DNA of 64,000 nucleotides, from the IMG/VR virus record IMGVR_UViG_3300008448_000018, positions 1 to 64,000 of that record; one strand, given 5' to 3'. Within the stretch, counting starts at the first letter, position 1. Each line of letters begins with the position of its first letter. Positions 14,654 through 24,522 of the stretch are shown here, in pieces. The notes under the pieces were generated by a model that did not search any database, was not told the DNA's origin, and worked only from the letters and a program-made list of their open reading frames with translations. The position numbers and the translations under genes were made by a program. This DNA is from a virus.

Positions 14654-15573
14654 TGGCAAGCCTATCAATGAAAGAGTTGTCCAAGCGAAACAACTTTAAT
14701 ATTTTTACTAAGCGCATTAGCATTGGTCAAGGATTTTATGTTGTTGGCATGGATGAACTAATACTATTAGACACATCTATTCTAGATAATATTGATGACT
14801 TAGAGGGCTTAAGATATTACGAAGAGAAGAACTCTATCCTGCTTCCAACAAGGGGTGGGAACAAGATTAAACTAACAAGCCTATACAAGGACTCAGAGTT
14901 CTCCAATAGAACACAAAACACAACCATTAAACAAGACCTAGAAGTGTATAGTCTATCTCATAAACTAGAAGAGATTAAGAAGAAGACTGGAAAACCCTAT
15001 GTAGATGTTCGTGTTAGTGAAACCATTTATAGAGTTGTAACTGTTATCTCTTCACCATTTGGATACAAGTCTGACTTTCACTTTATGGATATTGAAGGCA
15101 ATGCTGTTCTACATATTTCACATAAGTATGGCAATAGCCCAAGAGACTTTCAGCAATGGTCTGGTACTTCAAAAAGATTTCAGGAAAGAATATTTAATCA
15201 TCCAGAAACTGCAAGTTTTATTGCAGCACTACAAAACCTTGGATCTGAATTACCCAAAGCAAGTACTGTAGCCCGTAGAATTAAAGATGATACGCTAAAG
15301 CAATTGGCTATATATGGCACTGACTTTGGCTTAGGGTTTGGTCTTAACAATGTTGAGGCTGTATTACAAGGTAATCTATCATTAAAGAACATTGGTGACT
15401 GTTATATGCTTATTGCTTCTCACCATGGACTTAGGAATCCAATTGTTCCCTCGCAAAATTATGAGCCAGTATTTATTGCAGTACACAAGAAAGATAGAAG
15501 TGATCATGGAATCAAGAATGCTAGGATAACAATTAACCCTCTTGGTGGAAGAAACATTAAACAATTTATATAA
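14653..15573 (+). CDS. putative PD-(D/E)xK-like nuclease
   Basis: KSD-F...ISHK arrangement; 306 aa. Confidence 0.45.
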   Translation: MASLSMKELSKRNNFNIFTKRISIGQGFYVVGMDELILLDTSILDNIDDLEGLRYYEEKNSILLPTRGGNKIKLTSLYKDSEFSNRTQNTTIKQDLEVYSLSHKLEEIKKKTGKPYVDVRVSETIYRVVTVISSPFGYKSDFHFMDIEGNAVLHISHKYGNSPRDFQQWSGTSKRFQERIFNHPETASFIAALQNLGSELPKASTVARRIKDDTLKQLAIYGTDFGLGFGLNNVEAVLQGNLSLKNIGDCYMLIASHHGLRNPIVPSQNYEPVFIAVHKKDRSDHGIKNARITINPLGGRNIKQFI

Positions 15574-15576
15574 TCT

Positions 15577-15650
15577 GGAGCAGTAGCATAGTTGGTTAAT
15601 GCCCCGAACTCATAATTCGGTAATCGTAGGTTCGAGTCCTACCTGCTCTA
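15577..15650 (+). tRNA. tRNA-CAU (Met or Ile2)
   Basis: GGAGCAG/CTGCTCT, CCGAA-CTCATAA-TTCGG, GTAGG-TTCGAGT-CCTAC. Confidence 0.9.
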
Positions 15651-15654
15651 CTAA

Positions 15655-15726
15655 ACGCCTATAACTCAGCGGAAGAGTATCTGGTTTCTACCCAGACTGT
15701 CGGGGGTTCAAATCCCTCTAGGCGTA
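15655..15726 (+). tRNA. tRNA-Arg(UCU)
   Basis: ACGCCTA/TAGGCGT, TCTGG-TTTCTAC-CCAGA, T loop TTCAAAT. Confidence 0.85.
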
Positions 15727-16410
15727 CTCATATTTACTTGGATTGGGAAAAAGTTTTAATAGCACAACGTCAAGCATCATGCCAAATGCTTGGTCCTCTG
15801 TTGATAAAAATACTGAACTATCCTTAATATGGCTTGATCTTTCTAAATGTTTTTTGTTTACATAAACCTTAACATCATCCATCTGGCTTCCACCAACATT
15901 GTAGATATTGCCATACATAGATCGCCATAAACAACTAGGATACTTTTTAATCACATTATTTAGTTTATCCTTTTCCATTGGCATTGGTATATGTAGTTCA
16001 TAGTCATATGGATTTTGTATACCCTGGTCTACTAGCCTTGTTCGTGTAAGTATTAGTTTTTTGATATACATTGATGACCCTGTAATCTTAACATACTTAT
16101 CTATCTTATCAGACAGAAAACCACTATAGAATTGATCAATTTTTTCTATTGGTTTAATAATAAAAAAGTCATCGTTCATAAGTACAAAGTTATTAGATAT
16201 TTCTTCAGAATTGCATAATGCTTGTAGATTATTTATTGCATTGGCATACTTGTGGTGCTTTTGCTCTACTTCTATAAAGTCACCAGAGTACCAGTCTGGC
16301 TTACCGCCAACCAGCCAAACCCTAGCATCTGGAAAACTATTTACAACAGAACGTATTGAGTATCTAAGTTCTTCATTGTCTCCAGATTTGCATATATAAA
16401 CAAAGTCCAC
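15718..16410 (-). CDS. Stealth-like phosphotransferase/glycosyltransferase
   Basis: DFVY..EELRYSIRSV, NDDFF, YELHIP, RSMYGN. Confidence 0.7.
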   Translation of the reverse strand: MDFVYICKSGDNEELRYSIRSVVNSFPDARVWLVGGKPDWYSGDFIEVEQKHHKYANAINNLQALCNSEEISNNFVLMNDDFFIIKPIEKIDQFYSGFLSDKIDKYVKITGSSMYIKKLILTRTRLVDQGIQNPYDYELHIPMPMEKDKLNNVIKKYPSCLWRSMYGNIYNVGGSQMDDVKVYVNKKHLERSSHIKDSSVFLSTEDQAFGMMLDVVLLKLFPNPSKYEYA

Positions 16411-16472
16411 TATGTCCCTACCTTTATAACAAGTATATCAGAATCTGGTATACTGGTATAAATATAGAATAG

Positions 16473-17438
16473 GTGGGATCCTTGGCTAATATAGTGTTTT
16501 TAGGTAACTTTGAAGTGCCTTATAGTAGTGAAAATCATCATGTAAATAGTCTTGAGTCGCTTGGACATACCGTCACAAAGTTGCAAGAAAAGAAAGCCAC
16601 AAGTGAGCAGGTACTAGACCATTCATTAAAGTCGGATGTATTTGTCTGGGTTCATACACATAGGTGGCAAACTCCAGGATCAAAGTCTATGACAGACGTA
16701 CTAAAAGAATTAAAGGCTGCTGGTATACCAACCATGACATATCATCTAGATTTGTGGTTTGGCATTGAACGTGAAAAAGATTTAAAGAATGACGACTTTT
16801 ACACAAACATAGGTCATTTCTTTGCTACAGATAAACTAATGTGTGATTGGTTTAATGAAAATACAGAGGTAAAAGGTCACTTCTTACCTGCAGGTGTATA
16901 CGATAAAGAATGTTATATGCATAAAGATTACAACCCTTACGATTTTAAATACGATATTATATTTGTTGGCAGCAAGGGATATCACCCTGAGCATAAGTAT
17001 CGTCCACAGTTAATAGATTTTTTAAGAAAAACATATGGAAAAAAGTTTCTTCATGTTGGTGGAGATGGTGATACTGGAACAGTTCGTGGAGACGCATTGA
17101 ACCAGATATATGCACAAAGCAGAATAGCCGTAGGAGATAGTCTTAACATTAATTTTAACTACCCTTACTATACTAGCGATAGACTATTTGAAAGTACTGG
17201 TCGTGGCGGCTTTACTATCTACCCTCGCATTAAGGGGCTTGAGGAATATTTTGAAGATGGAAATGAAATTGTATTTTATGAACATGGCAACCTTGAAGAT
17301 TTAAAAACTAAGATAGACAAGTATCTTCTGGATGGTCTTTCAAGAGAAAACATAAGGATTGCTGGGCATGAAAGAACAAAGAAAGAACATACATATGTCC
17401 ATCGCTGGGCAACTATCATGAAGGAGTTAGGGCTATGA
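16473..17438 (+). CDS. GT-B glycosyltransferase (CgeB-like)
   Basis: DIIFVGS, SDRLFESTGRGGF, FEDGNEIVFY, HTYVHRW. Confidence 0.85.
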   Translation: MGSLANIVFLGNFEVPYSSENHHVNSLESLGHTVTKLQEKKATSEQVLDHSLKSDVFVWVHTHRWQTPGSKSMTDVLKELKAAGIPTMTYHLDLWFGIEREKDLKNDDFYTNIGHFFATDKLMCDWFNENTEVKGHFLPAGVYDKECYMHKDYNPYDFKYDIIFVGSKGYHPEHKYRPQLIDFLRKTYGKKFLHVGGDGDTGTVRGDALNQIYAQSRIAVGDSLNINFNYPYYTSDRLFESTGRGGFTIYPRIKGLEEYFEDGNEIVFYEHGNLEDLKTKIDKYLLDGLSRENIRIAGHERTKKEHTYVHRWATIMKELGL

Positions 17439-18187
17439 ATTTTATTGAAAGATCAGACATTATATGGAAAACAGTTCCATACTTGCGTCAAGGGCAAACA
17501 AAGAACTATGACTACAGATTAAAACTTAATGAGCCATTAGCAAATTGGGATGTATGGGATTATTGGGAGAGCGAAAGAATCTACAGCATGAAGTCTCATC
17601 TAAAAAAGGGTGATGTATTTTTTGATATTGGAACAGAGGCTGGATGGTGTAATTTAGTTTATGCTGACATTGTTGGACCAGAAAACATGGTACTAATTGA
17701 GCCAACGCCAGAGTTCTGGGCAAACATACATGCACTATGGTATAAAAACTATTCTGTAGACCCTATGGCATGTTACTCTGGATTAATGGGTGATAAAACA
17801 ACAGATACCCGAAAAGGCAGTGACTTAAATGCTTGGGGAGAAAAGTATCTTGGACCAATTATTGATAGAAATAAGTATGTATATATTCATGACAATACAG
17901 AAAGCATACCAATGATTAAGGTAGATGATTATGTTTCTGAGGTTGGTATTGTTCCAGATGTTCTAAACATCGACGTAGAAGGTGCAGAACTTCTTGTATT
18001 TAAGGGTGCGGAAAAAACATTACAAGATAATAATTTAAAAATATTTGTATCTATTCATGATGATCTGGGTATCCGTGATTATAATACAACGCCTGAAGAT
18101 ACCATATCTTACTTAGAATCTTTTGGCTATGTTGGAGAGTTCTTAGCAAAGAACCACGAAGCACATTGGTATTTTGAGAAAAGATAA
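17435..18187 (+). CDS. FkbM-family SAM methyltransferase
   Basis: FFDIGTEAG, IEP, PDVLNIDVEGAE. Confidence 0.85.
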   Translation: MNFIERSDIIWKTVPYLRQGQTKNYDYRLKLNEPLANWDVWDYWESERIYSMKSHLKKGDVFFDIGTEAGWCNLVYADIVGPENMVLIEPTPEFWANIHALWYKNYSVDPMACYSGLMGDKTTDTRKGSDLNAWGEKYLGPIIDRNKYVYIHDNTESIPMIKVDDYVSEVGIVPDVLNIDVEGAELLVFKGAEKTLQDNNLKIFVSIHDDLGIRDYNTTPEDTISYLESFGYVGEFLAKNHEAHWYFEKR

Positions 18188-18190
18188 TAA

Positions 18191-19039
18191 ATGGTAAAGG
18201 CATATCTATACTCCTTTGATGAAAAGGATTGTGCTTCTGATAAATGGGATTACGGTTTATTAAAAGAAATATTTGATAAATATAATATTGAACAAATAAA
18301 GGTAAACTCATTACCAGATGTTGATCGTGCTTTTGTTGTTGTTCCTGGACCTCAAAACCTTGGTCACGAAGAAGATGTTAATAAAGAGTTACAAAAAATA
18401 GGTAGAGTAGTTTTATTTTTTACAGGAGATGAAGAAGTTAGATTTAATTTAACTAAGATTAATCATCCTAACATAGAAATATGGATTCAAACACCACATA
18501 AACAACACAAAAAATATAACAAATTACCTTTAGGTGTACCACAACATTTAAAAAAATATGTGCCTGAATATCCAAATAAAAAGTATGATGTATATTTTGG
18601 TGGACAAATCACACATTCAAGACGAAAGCAGTTGTCTGATGCCATGCAAACCATCTCTAATGCCCTTTTTAAGCCTACAGCAGGCTTTGCACAAGGTGAT
18701 CACCCAAAGGACTACTATATGAACCTTGCTAGTGCAAAGATTGCTCCATCACCCTCTGGAGCCGTTGTAATAGAATCTTTTAGATTTTATGAGGCTTTAG
18801 AAATGTTATGCTTGCCAGTGGTAGATGCTGTTGATCCATTTGGTAATCCTATTAATTATTATGATTTTATTTTTGAAGGAAAGACACCAATAAAGTCTGT
18901 AAAAAACTGGCATCTGTTAAAAAGTATAGTTCCTGAGTTATTAAATAATTATCCTGAAAATATGCATGAGGCTGTTTGTTGGTGGATTAAATATAAAAGA
19001 GATTTAGGTATTAAGATTATGAGGCAAGTAAATGCATAA
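18191..19039 (+). CDS. exostosin/GT47-like glycosyltransferase
   Basis: YDVYFGG, PSPSG, SFRFYEALEMLCLPVV. Confidence 0.7.
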   Translation: MVKAYLYSFDEKDCASDKWDYGLLKEIFDKYNIEQIKVNSLPDVDRAFVVVPGPQNLGHEEDVNKELQKIGRVVLFFTGDEEVRFNLTKINHPNIEIWIQTPHKQHKKYNKLPLGVPQHLKKYVPEYPNKKYDVYFGGQITHSRRKQLSDAMQTISNALFKPTAGFAQGDHPKDYYMNLASAKIAPSPSGAVVIESFRFYEALEMLCLPVVDAVDPFGNPINYYDFIFEGKTPIKSVKNWHLLKSIVPELLNNYPENMHEAVCWWIKYKRDLGIKIMRQVNA

Positions 19040-19793
19040 AAGAGATATAACCATTGTAGTTGTAACTTCTGTTTTACCAAGTCATCCTAATACATTTATT
19101 CTTGATGAAACAATTTCTTCAATAAGATCACACTTTCCAGACAATGAAATTATTTTACAAATAGATGGGTTACGTGAAGAAAGAATGTCACGTAAATTAG
19201 ATTATGATGAGTACAAGAATAGAGTTTTATGGAAATGTTTGCATGAGTGGAAAAATGTTTTACCAATAATATTCAAAGAGCATAGCCATCAAACCACGAT
19301 GATGAAACAAACTATTAATCTTATAGATACCTCAGTAATGCTTTATATTGAAGGTGATGCACCGATTACTCCAGACTGTGAAATTGATTGGCAAAAATGT
19401 TTAGATATGTTAGAGTATAAAAAGGCTAATACCATTCGTTTTCATTTTGAAGCATCAATTCCTGAGCCACATAAACACCTAATGTTTGGTTTAGAAGATG
19501 GATTTATGAAGACTGCACAATGGAGCCAACGACCTCACTTAAGCACTGTAAGATATTATAAAGATGTTATCTTACCTTTTTCTGACGAAAAAACTTTTAT
19601 TGAAGATAGGTTTCATGGCAGAGTTCAGGATGATTGTTTACCTTACGGAACTTTTAGTCAAGAAGGATGGGAACACCATAAACTTTGGATATACCATCCA
19701 GAAGGTCACATAAAACGATCTTATCATTTAGATGGTCGTGAAGGTACTAGAAAATTTACAACAGACGATGATATTTGGGGATATACACAATGA
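19032..19793 (+). CDS. GT-A (family 2-like) glycosyltransferase
   Basis: ITIVVVTS..HP, DG, YIEGD, WSQRPHL, HLDGR. Confidence 0.7.
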   Translation: MHKRDITIVVVTSVLPSHPNTFILDETISSIRSHFPDNEIILQIDGLREERMSRKLDYDEYKNRVLWKCLHEWKNVLPIIFKEHSHQTTMMKQTINLIDTSVMLYIEGDAPITPDCEIDWQKCLDMLEYKKANTIRFHFEASIPEPHKHLMFGLEDGFMKTAQWSQRPHLSTVRYYKDVILPFSDEKTFIEDRFHGRVQDDCLPYGTFSQEGWEHHKLWIYHPEGHIKRSYHLDGREGTRKFTTDDDIWGYTQ

Positions 19794-20827
19794 AATTAGG
19801 AATTATTGCACGATCTGATAACACTGGTCTTGGTAATCAAACCATGGAACTTGTTAAAATGCTTAGTCCTGATAAAATACTTTTAATTAACTCTCAATTT
19901 TTTAATAACAATAAACAACATCCTGAATGGTACAAGGGGTATAACGTTATTGAAACTGTTAAGGGTATGCCCAAAACAAATGAGATAATTCAATTTCTTG
20001 AAGGACTGGATGTAGTAATAAGTTGTGAAACTTTTTATCATTTAGAGTTAGTTGATCGTGCTAAAAAACAGGGAATTAAAACTATTCTTCAATATAACTA
20101 TGAGTTATTTGGCAACTTAGTAAACCCAGACTGGACATTGCCAGATGTGTTACTTTCACCAAGCATATGGAACTTAGATATAGTTATGGAAAAATTTGGC
20201 AGTAAAACAAAAGTAGTGCATTTGCCTCCACCAACAGATCACAGTTTATTTAATGATGCAAAAGAAACAAACCTTTTAAAAGACCATAGAAGAATACTTC
20301 ATATTGCTGGAAAAAAGGCTGCAAAAGATAGAAACGGTACTGACAGTATTTTTGAAATGATTAAGTATTCTAAAGAAGATTACGAATTAGTAATTAAATC
20401 TCAAACCCCAATGAACCATACTTGCAAAGATCCAAGAGTGAAGGTTGAAATAGGAAACCCTGATAACAGACAAGACATGTATAGTGGGTTTGATGCTATG
20501 GTGCTTCCTAGACGTTATGCTGGTCTTTGTTTACCTATGAATGAGGCTCTTATGAGTGCCCTGCCAGTTTTTATGACTGACATATCACCAAACAATGCAA
20601 TCCTTCCATCAAAATGGTTAGCAGATTCAAAGAAAATAGATACATTCAGAACTAAATCTATGGTTGATGTTTATAATGTTAATCCAGAAAGACTTGCCAA
20701 GATTATTGATAAGTATATTGGCAATGACAGTAAAAAAGAAATAAAAGAAACTGCGGTTCAAATAGGTTTAGATAACTTTTCTGTTGATAAATTAAAACAA
20801 AAATATCTTGATATTATAAATGAGTAA
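19790..20827 (+). CDS. GT4-like glycosyltransferase
   Basis: TGLGNQT, VLPRRYAGLCLPMNEALMSALPV. Confidence 0.85.
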   Translation: MKLGIIARSDNTGLGNQTMELVKMLSPDKILLINSQFFNNNKQHPEWYKGYNVIETVKGMPKTNEIIQFLEGLDVVISCETFYHLELVDRAKKQGIKTILQYNYELFGNLVNPDWTLPDVLLSPSIWNLDIVMEKFGSKTKVVHLPPPTDHSLFNDAKETNLLKDHRRILHIAGKKAAKDRNGTDSIFEMIKYSKEDYELVIKSQTPMNHTCKDPRVKVEIGNPDNRQDMYSGFDAMVLPRRYAGLCLPMNEALMSALPVFMTDISPNNAILPSKWLADSKKIDTFRTKSMVDVYNVNPERLAKIIDKYIGNDSKKEIKETAVQIGLDNFSVDKLKQKYLDIINE

Positions 20828-20833
20828 ACAGAA

Positions 20834-20859
20834 AAGCCAGCCTATCTCTAGACTGGCTT
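20834..20859. terminator. hairpin at the convergence of + and - transcription
   Basis: AAGCCAG...CTGGCTT inverted repeat. Confidence 0.55.
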
Positions 20860-20875
20860 CCTGATAGAAGATTGA

Positions 20876-21142
20876 TTACTTCTTTGCGGCAGCCTTCTTT
20901 GCTGGTGCCTTTGCAGCCTTAAGAGCCTTCTCAACTTCCTTAACATCTGGTAGTACACCAAAAGCCTTGTCGTTTGGATTAATTGCTCTAATTGCTACTG
21001 GCGCAATGGCTGCAACAAGTGCTGTCCATAGATCCTTTGGATCTGTTACGCCTGCCATGTACAGTGCAAGACCTGATGCAAGTACTGAGCGACCATATGA
21101 TGCCAGCATTGCTTTAGTCTTATCATTGATTATCTTATTCAT
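20876..21142 (-). CDS. holin-like membrane protein
   Basis: GGAGG RBS; SYGRSVLA...PVAIRAINPND; two hydrophobic helices and a basic tail. Confidence 0.6.
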   Translation of the reverse strand: MNKIINDKTKAMLASYGRSVLASGLALYMAGVTDPKDLWTALVAAIAPVAIRAINPNDKAFGVLPDVKEVEKALKAAKAPAKKAAAKK

Positions 21143-21150
21143 TATTCCTC

Positions 21151-21309
21151 CTAGGATATAATTCGTGTTAGTGTTGTGAAGCCAATCCATAAACCAATAA
21201 TTCCTGCGACTCCCGCAAAAACTGGTGGTGCTGGTACTGGCAATTTGAATGCTGCGAACACGACACCGCATCCAAAACCTGTTAATACTGATAAAGTAAT
21301 TTCTTTCAT
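21151..21309 (-). CDS. XapX/DUF1427-like membrane protein (52 aa)
   Basis: MKEITLSVLTGFGCGVVFAAFKLPVPAPPVFAGVAGIIGLWIG. Confidence 0.75.
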   Translation of the reverse strand: MKEITLSVLTGFGCGVVFAAFKLPVPAPPVFAGVAGIIGLWIGFTTLTRIIS

Positions 21310-21515
21310 TCTTTATTCCCCACTTCATTGTTTGGACCATTTGGATGATCTACTGGCGTTGGCGCAGTACATAGAGCACCACAATCATGGCATTGAATAT
21401 CTAAGTGATACATTCCGACTGTATATGTTTTTGGATCAAAAGAAACTAATGCACGAAACAACTCTCCACCACACTGTGGACAAATGCATGTAGGTATTCC
21501 CCTGACATCAAGCAT
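21306..21515 (-). CDS. zinc-ribbon protein
   Basis: CPQCG...CHDCG..APTP. Confidence 0.75.
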   Translation of the reverse strand: MLDVRGIPTCICPQCGGELFRALVSFDPKTYTVGMYHLDIQCHDCGALCTAPTPVDHPNGPNNEVGNKE

Positions 21516-21933
21516 CTTTTGCTACAGGCTCCGATGGCATAAGTTTAATTAGTTCTTGATATGCTGCAAGAATTTTTTTCATTGAATCATAATGTGGGTA
21601 TGCAGAACCAACTATACCAAATTCAGAAAAATATTTCATTTCTGGTTCTATTTCTTTGATAAACTTATCGAGACCAGTCTGAACTTCTTCTATATAATCA
21701 AAAGCCCAATCACGAGAATCTGATAAAAACTTTATAAAATTTTCTTTGTGTATATCGCTATCATTTTTAAACTCAACATTGTTCTTTGCAATAAAGTCTT
21801 GAAGAGATTCATGTGATATAAAAAGTTTTGCAAACGCCTGATTTATTTTAGTAATTCTATAAAGAGTAACGGAATAGGCAATGGCAAAAGAAGCCGTAAG
21901 CGTTCCTAAAACTATAACAATAATGTTACTCAT
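21508..21933 (-). CDS. membrane-anchored hypothetical protein
   Basis: N-terminal TM; FLSDSRDWAFDYIE. Confidence 0.75.
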   Translation of the reverse strand: MSNIIVIVLGTLTASFAIAYSVTLYRITKINQAFAKLFISHESLQDFIAKNNVEFKNDSDIHKENFIKFLSDSRDWAFDYIEEVQTGLDKFIKEIEPEMKYFSEFGIVGSAYPHYDSMKKILAAYQELIKLMPSEPVAKDA

Positions 21934-21978
21934 TTGTTGCCTTTCTATATATTATTGTACTCTTTTGTCCTGGTTTTG

Positions 21979-22467
21979 TCAAACTGAGCGGGTAGCATGA
22001 GTTACCCAGTAGTATAAACATTTATCACAACAAGGCTTATTATTCTCATTCTTAGTATCCTGATAGAACTCAGCATAATATTCTGGATCCTTACGATATA
22101 GGTTTGCTCTGTGGGTAATGTTAATACGCTTTAGGTGTGGACCATTTGAGTTAGCCCAGAAAGGCTTCTCAGTACCCCATATATCGCCACACAAGGCTTC
22201 TAGAGCGTCTATATTGGCTTCGTTCTTATCTGTCCTTATGCCACGGCTCTTAGCCTCTGTAATCATGGTTTTAGCATATGTTCTTAGTGAGTACTCTGCA
22301 TTTTTCCACATAAGAACTGCTGGATGATTACGCCAAGCCCCTGAAGGTGATTGACCAGACAATACCTTTAGAATTTGATAAGACTCAAGTATCTGTTTAT
22401 TTAAACGTTTATTATCAAGAGATTCTGCACACTCGTCATAGTTTTGATATGGTAAAAATGTTTGCAT
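21979..22467 (-). CDS. MSMEG_6728-family / pyrimidine-dimer DNA glycosylase-like protein
   Basis: MQTFLPY..LDNKRLNKQ..E..Q, W.NHPAVLMW, THRANLYRKDP. Confidence 0.85.
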   Translation of the reverse strand: MQTFLPYQNYDECAESLDNKRLNKQILESYQILKVLSGQSPSGAWRNHPAVLMWKNAEYSLRTYAKTMITEAKSRGIRTDKNEANIDALEALCGDIWGTEKPFWANSNGPHLKRINITHRANLYRKDPEYYAEFYQDTKNENNKPCCDKCLYYWVTHATRSV

Positions 22468-22697
22468 TATTTTATTGCCTCTCTAGTGACCAAGACCACT
22501 GCCCCATTCATTTCTAATGCCTTTTTAACTTGAACAACATATTGTAACGCTTGGATCTTTTCATCATGAACCATAGTTACAAAATGCTTTTCATCTAATT
22601 TTATCGTAAGAAAGGCATCGTTGTCAATAATCTGTACTTTAAATCCTTTTGGGGGAATAATAGAATGAAAGGCTCTACGCATAGAATCTGTATACAT
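22467..22697 (-). CDS. hypothetical protein
   Basis: Translationally coupled ORF. Confidence 0.75.
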   Translation of the reverse strand: MYTDSMRRAFHSIIPPKGFKVQIIDNDAFLTIKLDEKHFVTMVHDEKIQALQYVVQVKKALEMNGAVVLVTREAIK

Positions 22698-22981
22698 TAT
22701 TTATCCATTGTTAAAGATTGCCAAGTTTCTGCCCAATCTTTTTTAGTCCTATGATTGTTGAATTCTCTAGATATTTCTCCACCTTCAAGATATATACCAC
22801 CCCAAACTCCCCATTCTTTTCCAGAAACACCATTAGCAAAACATGTCTTTCTAACTGGACATGTATTGCATATAGAGTCTACCGCTAATCTAAGCGTTGG
22901 CTCTTCTTCATATTTATCAAAAAATATATCAGTATCAAGACCTAAACACTCAGCATCGTCTTTCCAGATGTGCTGTTTCAT
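22697..22981 (-). CDS. whiB: WhiB-family Fe-S transcription factor
   Basis: W..DAEC...FF...CNTCPVRKTC...WGVWGG. Confidence 0.92.
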   Translation of the reverse strand: MKQHIWKDDAECLGLDTDIFFDKYEEEPTLRLAVDSICNTCPVRKTCFANGVSGKEWGVWGGIYLEGGEISREFNNHRTKKDWAETWQSLTMDK

Positions 22982-22984
22982 GTT

Positions 22985-23194
22985 TTACATCCTGTATTTG
23001 TTTGGAATATCCCAGCCATTTCGATCAAGTTTAAATACTCGTTGTGTGTACCACTGATCATTGACTCTTACACCGTTTACAGCAGTCCTGCCCATATCGG
23101 TTTTCTTACGCTCTGCAACATCCCAACCAATCCATGCTAATGATTTGTTTGATGCAACAATCTTTTCCATCTTTTCTAATTTATTGATTATCAT
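22985..23194 (-). CDS. hypothetical protein
   Basis: LAWIGWDV. Confidence 0.7.
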   Translation of the reverse strand: MIINKLEKMEKIVASNKSLAWIGWDVAERKKTDMGRTAVNGVRVNDQWYTQRVFKLDRNGWDIPNKYRM

Positions 23195-23207
23195 TTTGTT
23201 CTCTCTG

Positions 23208-23558
23208 TTAGTAACGGAAAATTCCAACTTCAATATTCTTTAATTCAGCAGAAGCAACTAACCTTGAATTTGGTTGCTTAGGTTTGCTAAGAAACGCAAA
23301 ATAGTTTACTTGTTCTAGATTTTCTTCAAGCCAGGCTGAAGCAACTTTATAAAATTTGATCTTACGACCTCTTGCTTTCATCCCACGCTCTGAAAGATTT
23401 GAAAACTCTGAAACAAAAGAATTAATACGAGCAGGTCCAGCAGAATAGATTACGAACTCTCTATCTTCTTCTGGCATTGTGGAAAGTGCAACCCCCATGG
23501 CACGAATGAAGATGTTGTAATCATCAAAGTCATTCGTTCCCTGCACTGCTACTATCAT
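23208..23558 (-). CDS. SLOG/YspA-like protein
   Basis: IVAVQGTNDFDDY resembles the GSRxFxDY SLOG motif. Confidence 0.5.
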   Translation of the reverse strand: MIVAVQGTNDFDDYNIFIRAMGVALSTMPEEDREFVIYSAGPARINSFVSEFSNLSERGMKARGRKIKFYKVASAWLEENLEQVNYFAFLSKPKQPNSRLVASAELKNIEVGIFRY

Positions 23559-23949
23559 TTTTTTTTCCATTCTTTAGGCTATCCAATATGAACAGCATCT
23601 TGTCTAAGTCTCTTCTTGACATACTATTGGTATCAACTGGTTCTGCTGTTTCAGGAATTACTTCTCCGTCAACTGCTTCTGCAACATAAAATATGTTTTC
23701 TGATACCCAGTATGCTAGGTTTCCCATAAAGATAACTTTAATCATATCCTTTTCTTTGCGCTTTGTCAACTGAGAAGGATGTTTTTCGTTATTGTTTATT
23801 TCCAATGAGAAAAAATATTTCAATAGATTATGTATGTCGCTTTGACTATACAGAGTCTTTGAAAAACCTTTTCTAGCATTTTTCCTTATTACTCTAATTA
23901 TAAACCAACTGGCTATGGATGTCAAGCCCACAATAAGGATATATTCCAT
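23530..23949 (-). CDS. membrane-anchored hypothetical protein
   Basis: N-terminal TM. Confidence 0.75.
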   Translation of the reverse strand: MEYILIVGLTSIASWFIIRVIRKNARKGFSKTLYSQSDIHNLLKYFFSLEINNNEKHPSQLTKRKEKDMIKVIFMGNLAYWVSENIFYVAEAVDGEVIPETAEPVDTNSMSRRDLDKMLFILDSLKNGKKNDSSSAGNE

Positions 23950-23960
23950 ATCTTCCCCTA

Positions 23961-24146
23961 TTAATCAGGCTTTGATTTTTTGTCTATAACAGTCTTCACT
24001 GCTGGTCTAGGTTCTTCAAGATTTTGAAAAGAAATAGCCTTATTTAACTTTAATTGAGTGTGTAATAGGCTAAACTCTAAATCCGAAGATTTCTGCTTAT
24101 AAAAAGTAACTAACTGTTTTAATTCTTCAACGCTAAGATCGTCCAT
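23961..24146 (-). CDS. small coiled-coil protein
   Basis: 61 aa. Confidence 0.7.
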   Translation of the reverse strand: MDDLSVEELKQLVTFYKQKSSDLEFSLLHTQLKLNKAISFQNLEEPRPAVKTVIDKKSKPD

Positions 24147-24150
24147 GTTT

Positions 24151-24522
24151 CTACCCCTTTCTGAAACTAAATGCGCTTCCTACCCATGCCTTTTCTGCTT
24201 TACTTTTTTCTCTATTTACTATTGCACGACTCCATGCAAAACCTGCATCTCCACCCCATGCATCCCACATAATACGACCATTAGAAGGAAACTCTGGACC
24301 ATCATAAAAGCCTTTGCCCTTTTTGTCTACCTCATGACGAGAAAAAAAAGAAAACATTCGCTTGACAGTACTCAAAGACATTGGTGATCCATTTACAATA
24401 TCAGTTGCACGACCCCAACCTACGGGAGTTCCTGCACCAGTTGCCTTGCCATCTTCTTTCCACTTTAATGCACGTCTAGCAGCAGCCTTCATTCCAGCAT
24501 TAGGTGTATATGTATCAGCCAT
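24151..24522 (-). CDS. phage head-associated conserved domain protein
   Basis: GTPVGWGRA..TVKRMFSFFSRHE..WDAWGGDAG. Confidence 0.7.
   Translation of the reverse strand: MADTYTPNAGMKAAARRALKWKEDGKATGAGTPVGWGRATDIVNGSPMSLSTVKRMFSFFSRHEVDKKGKGFYDGPEFPSNGRIMWDAWGGDAGFAWSRAIVNREKSKAEKAWVGSAFSFRKG

Noticed and set aside
15680-15700. Amber suppressor tRNA (CTA in the loop) and stop-codon recoding
   Set aside because: The 7-nt loop TTTCTAC puts TCT at positions 34-36, and long genes are intact in the standard code.
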